A program made the translations under genes and the position numbers. The notes below the pieces were generated by a model that did not search any database, was not told the DNA's origin, and saw only the letters and a list, made by a program, of their open reading frames with translations. 64,000 nucleotides of DNA from Patescibacteria group bacterium (lineage in GTDB: Bacteria > Patescibacteriota > UBA1384 > XYA2-FULL-43-10 > 1-14-0-10-43-13): contig JBAZBD010000001.1 in assembly GCA_041671645.1 (NCBI GenBank), forward strand, positions 85,561 to 149,560, read 5' to 3'. The first letter of the stretch is position 1. The number at the start of each line of letters is the position of its first letter. Positions 7,728-16,715 of the stretch are shown here, piece by piece.

Positions 7728-9686
7728 TTGGCGAGAGGGTTTAAGCGAACGCTAACATATATTTTGATGATTGCCGTACTGGCAAAGGTTTTTGGTATTG
7801 ATGTTGTGGAAGTTAAGGCAGTCACACCGCCACCACCCACTGGCACCAGTTGGGCGTATGTCAATCAAACGGGGGCTTCAAGCGGTAATGAAATCGCGAA
7901 TCTTCGTCTCAATTACAGCTCTACTCACTGGGATTTCCATAATAGATATGCAGGAAAGACCCTTAATGTTTACGATAATCCTTGGGGCCCAGCTGATAGC
8001 TGGGATCTTTGGCAGGCGGATGGCATGATGAATAACCCATCTATTCCGAATATGTATATTCTTTCCAACAATTCTGTGACTCCGAATTCTCTTGAAAATG
8101 TTTGTTGGGATCAAAAGGACCCAAACCTTGGCCAAGTAGCTGGCGCTAAGGACTTCTTTACTGGCGTGTTTGGCGACTGGAATGCAATATCAATACCAAG
8201 TGTCGGAGTGAAGCTTTGGTGCTACAAGGCTTACGAAGTCGGCTCAATCAACCAAACCCCTGGTGCCCTTTTCTCCACCCGCTCTACATTTACAAACACA
8301 CAGCCAACGGTTGCAGCATGGCAGACGGCTGCTGTCGACTACAATATTGTTTTGCAGAAAGCCAGAGAAAGCATTTCCAAGCCCATAATGCCAACTATTT
8401 TACCGGTGCAAAGGATAGGGCCCATCTCGGCAAACGATCAAGCCTGCAAATCGTGGTATACAACCAGAAGGATTGCCTCGGACGCGGATGCCCAAAAGTG
8501 GATTGACGCTCAGCTCAAGGAGATTAAAACCGTTGTACCAGATGGACAAAACGACGCAGCAGCTCAATATCTCAAGGATTATCTTTCAAACTCAGCCTCA
8601 GCCTCGGCACTGAAAAGCTTCTTGATCAACACAGATGCTGCTTCCTTCCAAAGATATTATGGCACCGCGTCAAAGCAGTATCCCACCGTTGCCCTATCGA
8701 CAAGAGAAGCTAATTCTCTCGTATCCGACTGGGATAAATTAAACGCTGGCATCCCATATGTAATTAACGGTCAGAGTGGTGCAGTCACAGCTTCGAATTG
8801 GTTTCTCGGCGTCGGAGCCGTCGCTCTTATAGCTGCAGGTGTAGTAACCGCTATGGGAGTTGGCGGTACGGTATTATTTGGCTCGGCCGGCGTCACTGCT
8901 CCCGCAGTAGCTGTTACTCAAGCGGCAAGCGGAGCAGCCGTGACTGCCTCAGGCATTGAAATATCCGGAGCATATGGTACTGCCTTGCTTCATGCAGCTA
9001 CTGCCGCCGGGACTGGGACAGTCGTGGATGGCGGTATATTATTGACTACTGGAGCAGTAATACCTGCGACTGCTACTGAAATAGCGGCTGGGAGCGTAGT
9101 CGCAACAACGGCCGCGAAGATAGCCATTGGGGCTGTAGTTACCCTTACGGCTGTATGGCTCCATGAATATATACTGAGAGCTGCCGCCCTAGCAGTCGGA
9201 GTCATAATAGGTGTTTACAATACATTCAAAACTTGGATGGACGCGGCGGCGAAAGCTGGAACATGGAACCCAATAGTTGCGTGGCTCAATAATTCTGAAT
9301 ACAAGGCTGCGAGAGAGGCTTATCTTTACAATATTTCGAAATTCTCCTTGGACATGTACTACGCCAACCAGAATAACCAATACAACAACTGCTTGAAAGG
9401 CAAGGGGGATCCCGCTGCCGTCTTTAATAGCACTGTCGATTCCCAATACCAAAAACTTTTGCCCCAGGGGTATGCGCTCGCTGGAACTTTCAATAATGCT
9501 CCAGGAGCCAGTGATTCTCCTTCGCTCTGCGCCGGATTTGATATGTGGAAGGAACCAATTTCATGGGCTTTTTGTGGTATTATCAGCATTTTCTATGATT
9601 TTGCGACTTGGCTGCAAGGACTTGGGGACAAATGGATGGCAGCCACTATTGGCGTGACCTACGACTCATGCTCAGCGGGCCCATGA
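7728..9686 (+). CDS. Secreted/surface protein with signal peptide and roughly 190-aa Gly/Ala/Val/Thr-rich hydrophobic region (T4SS locus component)
   Basis: TTG start after GGAGGGG, signal-like N-terminus, a PPPPTGTS linker and a GA-rich hydrophobic block (GVGAVALIAAGVVTAMGVGG...). The C-terminal domain is Cys-containing. Confidence 0.5.
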   Translation: MARGFKRTLTYILMIAVLAKVFGIDVVEVKAVTPPPPTGTSWAYVNQTGASSGNEIANLRLNYSSTHWDFHNRYAGKTLNVYDNPWGPADSWDLWQADGMMNNPSIPNMYILSNNSVTPNSLENVCWDQKDPNLGQVAGAKDFFTGVFGDWNAISIPSVGVKLWCYKAYEVGSINQTPGALFSTRSTFTNTQPTVAAWQTAAVDYNIVLQKARESISKPIMPTILPVQRIGPISANDQACKSWYTTRRIASDADAQKWIDAQLKEIKTVVPDGQNDAAAQYLKDYLSNSASASALKSFLINTDAASFQRYYGTASKQYPTVALSTREANSLVSDWDKLNAGIPYVINGQSGAVTASNWFLGVGAVALIAAGVVTAMGVGGTVLFGSAGVTAPAVAVTQAASGAAVTASGIEISGAYGTALLHAATAAGTGTVVDGGILLTTGAVIPATATEIAAGSVVATTAAKIAIGAVVTLTAVWLHEYILRAAALAVGVIIGVYNTFKTWMDAAAKAGTWNPIVAWLNNSEYKAAREAYLYNISKFSLDMYYANQNNQYNNCLKGKGDPAAVFNSTVDSQYQKLLPQGYALAGTFNNAPGASDSPSLCAGFDMWKEPISWAFCGIISIFYDFATWLQGLGDKWMAATIGVTYDSCSAGP

Positions 9687-9690
9687 TATT

Positions 9691-12501
9691 ATGATGAATA
9701 TTCTCGAAAAATTGAACTTATCAAAACAGAGCAGAATAATAGCCTTCTGCATTTTTGGATTTTTCCTTGTCGTTCTAGCTTTCTTGGTCCACCCTACCTT
9801 AACACTGGCCGGTACTGGGACTACCAGTAATCCAGCCACTTCATTTAATCCTCCGACAAGTTTAGCCAAAATCTATGAAGTTCTGGGCACCAACAACGGC
9901 GGTGTAGGTCACGAGATCCGATCTCTTTGGATCACCATGATGGGTATCGTGAATTCGCTGATAGTCTTAGTTCTCCTTTTTGTCGCTTTTGCGGAAATAC
10001 TACGCTTGAATGTCAGTACTTACGGAATCAAGAAGATATTGCCTACCCTAGTCCTGGCCGTACTAGCCGCCAACTTTAGCTACATTCTCTGTCGTTTCAT
10101 AGTCGATGTTGCCAACGTAATGCTGACTCTCTTTTTGAGTGATACCAATACCAAATGTATTACAGAAGGCATCAAAGTCTCAAAGTTCTTTCATGCCGAC
10201 ATCGAATCAATCATCAAAGATTTGAATGCGAACAAGGCAGGAGGTACTTCCGGTGGCCTTTTGACGGCATTGGCCTTGGTAATTTTTTCGATTGTCGCGG
10301 CGGTAATCACCTTAGTCCTGGCTTTTCTCTTTACTATCAGGAATTACATTATATATCTACTTGTGATTGTAGCTCCGATTGGCTTCATGGCCATGGCTCT
10401 GCCCCAAACCAAAACTTACTTCGGCCAATGGTGGAGCATGATGGTGAAATGGACTTTCATGCCTACTGTATCGATTGCCATCATCTGGATGGGTGGGCAA
10501 TTGCTCAAACTATCAGGCATAGGAGACTCCCCGCTCATGGGTATGGTTCTCTCTGTTGCCTTCTTGGTCCTTGCGATCCAGGTCCCCTTCAAGCTCGGCG
10601 GCCCAATCATGCAAAAATGGGGTGACATGGGCAAGAAAGCCTGGGGATCAACAGGTGGAGCTGCCGCCAATAAATGGGGTAGCGGCATCAAGGACTACTG
10701 GACTAATCAGGGGAAAAGCGTGGCCATGCGCGGCTGGAACAACTGGCGCATGACTGGATTAAATATGGTCCGCAAAGGCAACGGTTTCCAACGTGCCTTG
10801 GGAAACAGCTTCCTCTTCGGCTCGGGCGGAGACAAGGCTAAAGCCAATGTCAAATTTGAAGAAGATTTTGCAAAGGGTCTGACTGAGGGTATCCAGGCTC
10901 GTCACTACTACAAAGAAGACAGCACAGGCAAAGCAAGCAAAGCAGGCAAAAACCTCCAAATGCGCCGAGAATATCGGGCGAACCGTGCAGGCGAGGAGAA
11001 AGAGTATGAGGCCTATGCCAAAGAAGATATTATGAAGGTAGGGGCGACCGATCCAGAAGACGAGATGTACACCACCCTCAAGGCATGGCGCGCTTCTTCT
11101 GGACATGCCAGACAGAGAATGGCTATAGCCGAACAGCATATGAACGATTTAGTTGGGCAAGGTACCTTCGCCTCGATCCAGGGATATTTGATGAAAAAAG
11201 AAGACCAGAGTGAGGAAGAGATCAGAGTAGACGCGATTAAGAACAATCCCACTATTACAGACGCTGAGCTTAACAAGATTGTTGAGGAGACCGTAAAGGC
11301 AAGAAAAGAAAGAGACCAGGCAGAATACAAGAAGGTACTGGGAATGAACCAAGATCAATTCAAGGAATGGAGCGAATTCCAGATATTTGTAAATACCGAG
11401 AAAGAAAGTACTAATCGATTGAAAGAAAAAGCCGAGAAAGACCAGCTCGTCAAGCCGACAATGGATCAGCTTGCTATCCATGAACAAGCCGAGCTTTCTC
11501 AAGAAACCAAGCTTACAACACAGAAATTCAAAGAACTCTCTGACGAATTGAAAAAATTCGCCAACGGTATACAGACGAGTGGCAGAAAATTAAGTGAAAT
11601 GACCCAAGAGGAAAGAAACCACTTGCAGTCCAGCGCTTTCAGCGATGACGAAAGAAAGAAGTTTTCTGCCTATCTTAACAACCAGGGTCGCGCCACCGTC
11701 CGCCTTCGAGAGATGGGCGTATTGAATGAGAACGAGGAGTTCCGAGGCAGCGGTGACGCTCACGACTCCGCAATTGCTAAGGCCGTTGAGACGAGAGAAG
11801 CAGAGTTTATCGAGAAATTTATCAAGGGCGAGATGAAAAACGGTAAGAGAGCCGGAAAGGTAAGAATCGACGAGACTACGGGCAGGATTTCTCATATTCC
11901 AGCTCACTTGAGAAACCTGGTCGAACAAGATGCAGACGGGAACATCAAGCTAAGGCGTATGGATAGGACCACCTATACCAGAGGATTGGCTGTTGCTAAC
12001 GATAAAACCAAGGGAAGAGTTGCGGACTATTCCGCTATGACTGTCGACACCCTAATAAATCTGCTTACTGCAGGGGACAAAAAAGACAGCATCACCGCCG
12101 AAGACATCCAGGCCTTTAGAGCTGGACATGCCACCTCAGATACCAATAAGCGTAGCCGTATGATGGCCATGATAGCTTCACTTGCCGCAAAACTCGACAA
12201 GGCAAACGAAGCCAATCCAGCCGCTGAATTCATTATCAGTGGGCTTAGCCGTGATGAGACTACTGGGACCGACGAGACTCAGGAATTATTATCGGAACTT
12301 GAAAAATCTGCGGCGACTGGAGCCGCTTGGTCGACAGGCAAAGGTATGGAGGAGGCGTTAAAAGCAGCGCGGGATGCGTCTGCCGGTGACATAACGGAGT
12401 TTCGTAGAACTTTGACTACTGTTTACGCGACAATCCCCCAAAATCAAAGAGGTACCGTCAACTCTATTATTAGAAAATTTGTCAGAACTGGATCGTATTA
12501 A
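9691..12501 (+). CDS. VirB6/TrbL-like polytopic membrane protein with roughly 600-aa charged coiled-coil C-terminal extension
   Basis: Five to six TM segments across the N-terminal 330 aa with VirB6-like architecture. It is followed by a K/E-rich helical tail and sits in an operon with VirB3/VirB4 homologues. Confidence 0.55.
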   Translation: MMNILEKLNLSKQSRIIAFCIFGFFLVVLAFLVHPTLTLAGTGTTSNPATSFNPPTSLAKIYEVLGTNNGGVGHEIRSLWITMMGIVNSLIVLVLLFVAFAEILRLNVSTYGIKKILPTLVLAVLAANFSYILCRFIVDVANVMLTLFLSDTNTKCITEGIKVSKFFHADIESIIKDLNANKAGGTSGGLLTALALVIFSIVAAVITLVLAFLFTIRNYIIYLLVIVAPIGFMAMALPQTKTYFGQWWSMMVKWTFMPTVSIAIIWMGGQLLKLSGIGDSPLMGMVLSVAFLVLAIQVPFKLGGPIMQKWGDMGKKAWGSTGGAAANKWGSGIKDYWTNQGKSVAMRGWNNWRMTGLNMVRKGNGFQRALGNSFLFGSGGDKAKANVKFEEDFAKGLTEGIQARHYYKEDSTGKASKAGKNLQMRREYRANRAGEEKEYEAYAKEDIMKVGATDPEDEMYTTLKAWRASSGHARQRMAIAEQHMNDLVGQGTFASIQGYLMKKEDQSEEEIRVDAIKNNPTITDAELNKIVEETVKARKERDQAEYKKVLGMNQDQFKEWSEFQIFVNTEKESTNRLKEKAEKDQLVKPTMDQLAIHEQAELSQETKLTTQKFKELSDELKKFANGIQTSGRKLSEMTQEERNHLQSSAFSDDERKKFSAYLNNQGRATVRLREMGVLNENEEFRGSGDAHDSAIAKAVETREAEFIEKFIKGEMKNGKRAGKVRIDETTGRISHIPAHLRNLVEQDADGNIKLRRMDRTTYTRGLAVANDKTKGRVADYSAMTVDTLINLLTAGDKKDSITAEDIQAFRAGHATSDTNKRSRMMAMIASLAAKLDKANEANPAAEFIISGLSRDETTGTDETQELLSELEKSAATGAAWSTGKGMEEALKAARDASAGDITEFRRTLTTVYATIPQNQRGTVNSIIRKFVRTGSY

Positions 12502-12509
12502 ATTTATTT

Positions 12510-13298
12510 ATGGACAAAGATTACACTAATTTGATTAGGCTACTAATTCAGGCAGATGACAGATCACTTGGTGACGAGTCAGTCACTTCTATTTTGTCGC
12601 GAGCTCAATCCGTCGACGCTTCTGTCAAGAGGACAGTGGCTGAAAATTATGATGATATCAAAATATTTGTCGCTTCAAGGAAAGCCGACATTTATCCTCG
12701 TCATCTCCTGTTGGAAAGGCTTCAGCTGAAATTACTCGACGCCGTGCTTCTCGATGTCAATGCGTCTCAAGTTTCATCCTGGAAACCCGAACAGATTATC
12801 GAAAAGATAAATCATGACATTGTTGAGGGCAAGGGAGACTTTAAGTTAAATAAAATAGACAATATCCTGGACATTATTCACAAGATCCAGACCGTGGAGA
12901 AAGTAAACCGCTCCATCGACCTGATCTATTATTATGATCTTGCCCAGAAGGCATATTTTCACATGCCATATTTTCGGAACCTAGAACAAAATGTTATTGA
13001 GAATATAATTCGCGATTTGGAAAACAATTTCCCTAGAGTTAGATACACCTTGTCCGATGAGACAGCCTCCAAGAAAATAGCCACTGCCTGCTTGCTGTCC
13101 AAGGGATTCACTCAAAGCCAGCTATCTCCGCTGACTGCACCATCACTTTTCGAGATCATGAAGGACATTTTCTTTTGCTGTGTGGCGACCCTAATATTGA
13201 GAAGCACAAACAAAAGTAATTCATATACCTCCGCTGAGGCAGTCGACACCCTCGACCTTCTCATGGTTGATGATCAAATCATGAGCAATTGGGATTAG
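12510..13298 (+). CDS. Hypothetical cytoplasmic protein of T4SS locus
   Basis: ORF in the operon with no recognised motifs. Confidence 0.4.
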   Translation: MDKDYTNLIRLLIQADDRSLGDESVTSILSRAQSVDASVKRTVAENYDDIKIFVASRKADIYPRHLLLERLQLKLLDAVLLDVNASQVSSWKPEQIIEKINHDIVEGKGDFKLNKIDNILDIIHKIQTVEKVNRSIDLIYYYDLAQKAYFHMPYFRNLEQNVIENIIRDLENNFPRVRYTLSDETASKKIATACLLSKGFTQSQLSPLTAPSLFEIMKDIFFCCVATLILRSTNKSNSYTSAEAVDTLDLLMVDDQIMSNWD

Positions 13299-13399
13299 TA
13301 CTTCGCCGAGCTGACCTTATAAATTTTGGCACGGCTGATCTGTTGCTGTACTTTGGTATCAATGTTATAATTTCCCTAGAGATTAATTTGGAGGGGATA

Positions 13400-13819
13400 T
13401 TGAGATTTAAGGTTCCGCAAAATATCGACATGCAGGATCGCATTTTGGGGCCACTGACCATGGTTCAATTTATCTATGCCGTGGTCGGATTTGGCATTTG
13501 CTACGCTATATTCTCGGCCATACCTGCGCCGCTCTCCTATCTGCTGGTCATACCAATCGGCCTTTTTGTCGTATGTCTCGATTTCGTCAAGGTCAACGAG
13601 AGGCCTTTCCTAAACTTTTTCATGTCAGCGATCCAATTCGCCGGTTCGCCCAAACAAAGGTTTTGGAGCCAGGGCAGCGATTCAGATATGGAAGTGGAGA
13701 TTTATCAAGCCCAAGTCCAACAAACAACCCATCCACACAAAGATATTAGCCACGCCGAGATCGAAGCCCTGGCTGGGAAAATAGACACTATTTCAGGCAA
13801 ACAGATGATTGAAAGATAG
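13400..13819 (+). CDS. VirB3/PrgI-like small two-TM membrane protein
   Basis: Two hydrophobic helices (FIYAVVGFGICYAIF and LLVIPIGLFVVCL), size, and position immediately upstream of VirB4. The likely start is TTG 13400 after GGAGGGG (or ATG 13430). Confidence 0.5.
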   Translation: MRFKVPQNIDMQDRILGPLTMVQFIYAVVGFGICYAIFSAIPAPLSYLLVIPIGLFVVCLDFVKVNERPFLNFFMSAIQFAGSPKQRFWSQGSDSDMEVEIYQAQVQQTTHPHKDISHAEIEALAGKIDTISGKQMIER

Positions 13820-13824
13820 TTTTT

Positions 13825-14811
13825 ATGGCATTTTCAACTCAACAACAAATTGAGATTGCGGGTATCAAGGACGGTATTATCATCATGAAAGATGGAACGT
13901 ACCGTGTCATTTTGGAGGTGACTGCTACCAACTTTGCGCTCAAAAGCGAGATGGAGCAAAACTCTCTAATCATGCAATATCAGAGCTTCCTAAATTCCCT
14001 ACATTTTACGATCGAGATCACCATACGCTCGAAAAGATTGGATTTAGCTCCTTATCTGACCAAGATGAAGGCACTGGGCGACAAACAGCCGAGTGAACTG
14101 ATCCGAGAGCTATCCGCTGATTACGTCGACTTTATCGGCAAGCTCGTCACCATCGCCAACATTATGAAGAAAAGCTTCTTTGTCACCATCGCTTACTCTC
14201 CTATTTCGGTCAAACAGGTCGGGCTTTTCAACATGCTATTCGGGCAAAAAACACAAAAATTTGATCATTTGAAAATCTCCGATGTTGATTTCAAGAACGC
14301 AACTGAGAAATTGCTTGAAAACGCCGGTATAGTCGCTTCTGGCCTAGGCTCGATGGGGCTCCACTGCTTTCAGCTTTCAACCGAACAGATCATTGAGCTC
14401 TTTTATCAAATTTACAATCCAGCTGAATCAACCAAGGAGCGATTGACCGACGCTGAGATGCTAGCTTCTCAGGTCGTCTCCACCAAGAAAGCTCCGGCGG
14501 ATGGCAAGGTGCCGGAGATCGATGGTATCACGCCGATGCTGATTGACAACACTCATATTGTGACGGCCCAGATGCAGCAGGAGGCGGAGCAGAGACGACA
14601 GGCCACTGAGATGGAAAATATGAATGCTCCTGCTGGAACGCAAGTACCACAGACCGCAGCCACAGAACAGGCTGGGGCCAGCAAAGCACCAGAGCTCAAT
14701 GAACTAGACGTTGCCACGGTAAACACCTCGGCATCAACCCCAACTACCAATTCTCCATTAGATAATTTGAGTAAAGACGATGACGGACCAGAACCCAAAC
14801 CCACAACCTAA
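13825..14811 (+). CDS. VirB4/TraE-family ATPase, N-terminal portion (first fragment of a split gene)
   Basis: IKDGIIIMKDGTYRVILEVTATNFALKSEMEQNSLIMQYQSFLNSLHFTIEI matches the N-terminal domain of Gram-positive VirB4 (PrgJ/TcpF type). It ends in a Q/A/T/P-rich low-complexity tail. Confidence 0.55.
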   Translation: MAFSTQQQIEIAGIKDGIIIMKDGTYRVILEVTATNFALKSEMEQNSLIMQYQSFLNSLHFTIEITIRSKRLDLAPYLTKMKALGDKQPSELIRELSADYVDFIGKLVTIANIMKKSFFVTIAYSPISVKQVGLFNMLFGQKTQKFDHLKISDVDFKNATEKLLENAGIVASGLGSMGLHCFQLSTEQIIELFYQIYNPAESTKERLTDAEMLASQVVSTKKAPADGKVPEIDGITPMLIDNTHIVTAQMQQEAEQRRQATEMENMNAPAGTQVPQTAATEQAGASKAPELNELDVATVNTSASTPTTNSPLDNLSKDDDGPEPKPTT

Positions 14812-16714
14812 TCCTGTCCAGCCGGACGCTCAAGCCCCAGCCCCAGTTCCACAGGCTCCTCCGGCCGATGCTAGAGCGATTGCAAACCAGAACCTGAAGT
14901 CCAGAGAGAAAAGCTCGATGACTCCAGACGAATTTTGGAACAAAAAGGCAGAAGCGTCCAAAATCAAGAGTGGGGCGACCTCAGTTCGAGATATTGTCGC
15001 ACCTGCCTCTTTCGCTGTTTCGTCCAATTTTATCCAAATCGACAATTATTTCGTCAAAACTCTCTTTGTCTTCACCTACCCCCGGTATATCGAGACGAAT
15101 TGGCTCTCGCCAATTATCAACTACGATATTTCGATGGATATCGCCATGTATATCCACCCGATGGAGACCAGAGACGTCATGACCGAGCTCAAGACTCAAG
15201 TTGGTAAGCTCGAGTCCACCCTTTCAATCGAGCGGGAAAAGGGCCAGCCCAGAGACCCAGAAGTCGAGACCGCGCTCGGTGACGTTGAGGCGCTTCGAGA
15301 TGTTCTCCAGCGTGGCGAGGTCAGATTATTTCAATTTGGGCTTTACTTCACTATCTACGCCGGCTCAGCCGAAGAACTTCGCACCGTCATGGATCAGCTC
15401 GAATCAACCTTGGGCGGACTCCTGATTTATACCAAAGAGACACTTTTCCAAATGGAGCAGGGCTTCACTGCCACTTTGCCTCTGATGCAGGACAAGATCA
15501 ACGTCCTTCGCAATTTGGACACCGCCTCTCTCTCCTCTACTTTCCCCTTCGTCTCGAGCGAATTGACCCAAGACGATGGAATTCTGTACGGAATCAATCG
15601 CCACAACAATTCCCTAATTATTTTCGATCGATTTTCTCTTGAAAACGCCAACTCTCTAGTCCTGGCCAAATCCGGCTCGGGTAAATCGTACTTGGTCAAA
15701 TTGGAGGCCTTGCGCTACTTGATGCTTGGCACCGACGTAATCGTGATCGACCCAGAAAACGAGTACAAAACTCTTTGCGATTCCGTCGGCGGTAGTTACT
15801 TGGATATTTCGTTAAACTCCGACAAACGAATTAATCCGTTCGACCTCCCAATCAACCCCTACGAAACAGGCGAAGACGTCCTCCGCTCTAATATCGCTTC
15901 CCTCCATGGCCTGATCAATATCATGGTCGGTGGCCTCACCCCAGAAGAAGACTCCACCGTAGACAAGGCTCTTTATGAGACTTACGCCATCAAGGATATT
16001 ACGACCGATCCAGAAAGCCAGACCAATCAGCCTCCTCTGCTTCAGGACTTCTTCAATATCCTCTCCAACATGCAGGGCACTGAATCGCTTCGGGCCAGAC
16101 TGGTCAAATACACCGAGGGCACCTACGCCAATCTTTACAACCAGCCGACCAATTTTGAGCTCAAAGAAGGTTTCGTTTGCTTCTCTGTCCGCGACTTGGA
16201 AGATCAGCTCCGCCCAATCGCTATCTATACTGTCCTTGATTATATCTGGACCAAAGTCAGAATGAACCGAAAACAGCGCATCATGATCGTGGATGAAGCC
16301 TGGTGGATGATGCAATATGAGGATTCTGCCAAGTTCCTTCACGGCCTGGCCAAGAGAGCAAGAAAATATAACCTTGGGCTTACAATCATCAGTCAGGACG
16401 TCGAGGATTTCTTGGGTAGCCGTTATGGCAAAGCCGTCTTGGCCAACTCCTCAATGCAAGTCCTGATGAAACAATCGACCGCTTCGATCAATTTGATCGC
16501 TGATGTTTTCAATTTGACTGAGGGCGAGAAATATTTGCTTCTCGAGTCTGATGTCGGAGAAGGTCTCTTCTTCGCGGGCTTGAATCACGTAGCTTTCAAA
16601 GCGATTGCTTCCTACACCGAAAATGAAATTATTACTGTCGAGCCAGAAGAGCTGGCAAAACAGGGGCCAGAAGATGCTGTAGCGGCAGCAGACCCTAACA
16701 CACCAACCCAATGA
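14780..16714 (+). CDS. virB4: VirB4/TraE-family T4SS ATPase, middle and C-terminal ATPase portion
   Basis: Walker A AKSGSGKSYLV and Walker B IMIVDEAWWMM. FVKTLFVFTYPRYIETNWLSPIINYDISMDI matches the VirB4 middle region. It starts with a P/Q-rich low-complexity stretch in a different frame from the upstream fragment. Confidence 0.85.
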   Translation: MTDQNPNPQPNPVQPDAQAPAPVPQAPPADARAIANQNLKSREKSSMTPDEFWNKKAEASKIKSGATSVRDIVAPASFAVSSNFIQIDNYFVKTLFVFTYPRYIETNWLSPIINYDISMDIAMYIHPMETRDVMTELKTQVGKLESTLSIEREKGQPRDPEVETALGDVEALRDVLQRGEVRLFQFGLYFTIYAGSAEELRTVMDQLESTLGGLLIYTKETLFQMEQGFTATLPLMQDKINVLRNLDTASLSSTFPFVSSELTQDDGILYGINRHNNSLIIFDRFSLENANSLVLAKSGSGKSYLVKLEALRYLMLGTDVIVIDPENEYKTLCDSVGGSYLDISLNSDKRINPFDLPINPYETGEDVLRSNIASLHGLINIMVGGLTPEEDSTVDKALYETYAIKDITTDPESQTNQPPLLQDFFNILSNMQGTESLRARLVKYTEGTYANLYNQPTNFELKEGFVCFSVRDLEDQLRPIAIYTVLDYIWTKVRMNRKQRIMIVDEAWWMMQYEDSAKFLHGLAKRARKYNLGLTIISQDVEDFLGSRYGKAVLANSSMQVLMKQSTASINLIADVFNLTEGEKYLLLESDVGEGLFFAGLNHVAFKAIASYTENEIITVEPEELAKQGPEDAVAAADPNTPTQ

Positions 16715-16715
16715 A

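Noticed and set aside
12027-12233. Short minus-strand ORFs within the VirB6-like gene tail
   Set aside because: They are antisense to a well-supported long ORF, with no RBS or motif support.
13289-13399. N-terminal 37 codons of the 13289-13819 ORF
   Set aside because: This part overlaps the end of the upstream gene. A TTG with a GGAGGGG RBS at 13400 and an ATG at 13430 give a better start for the VirB3-like protein.
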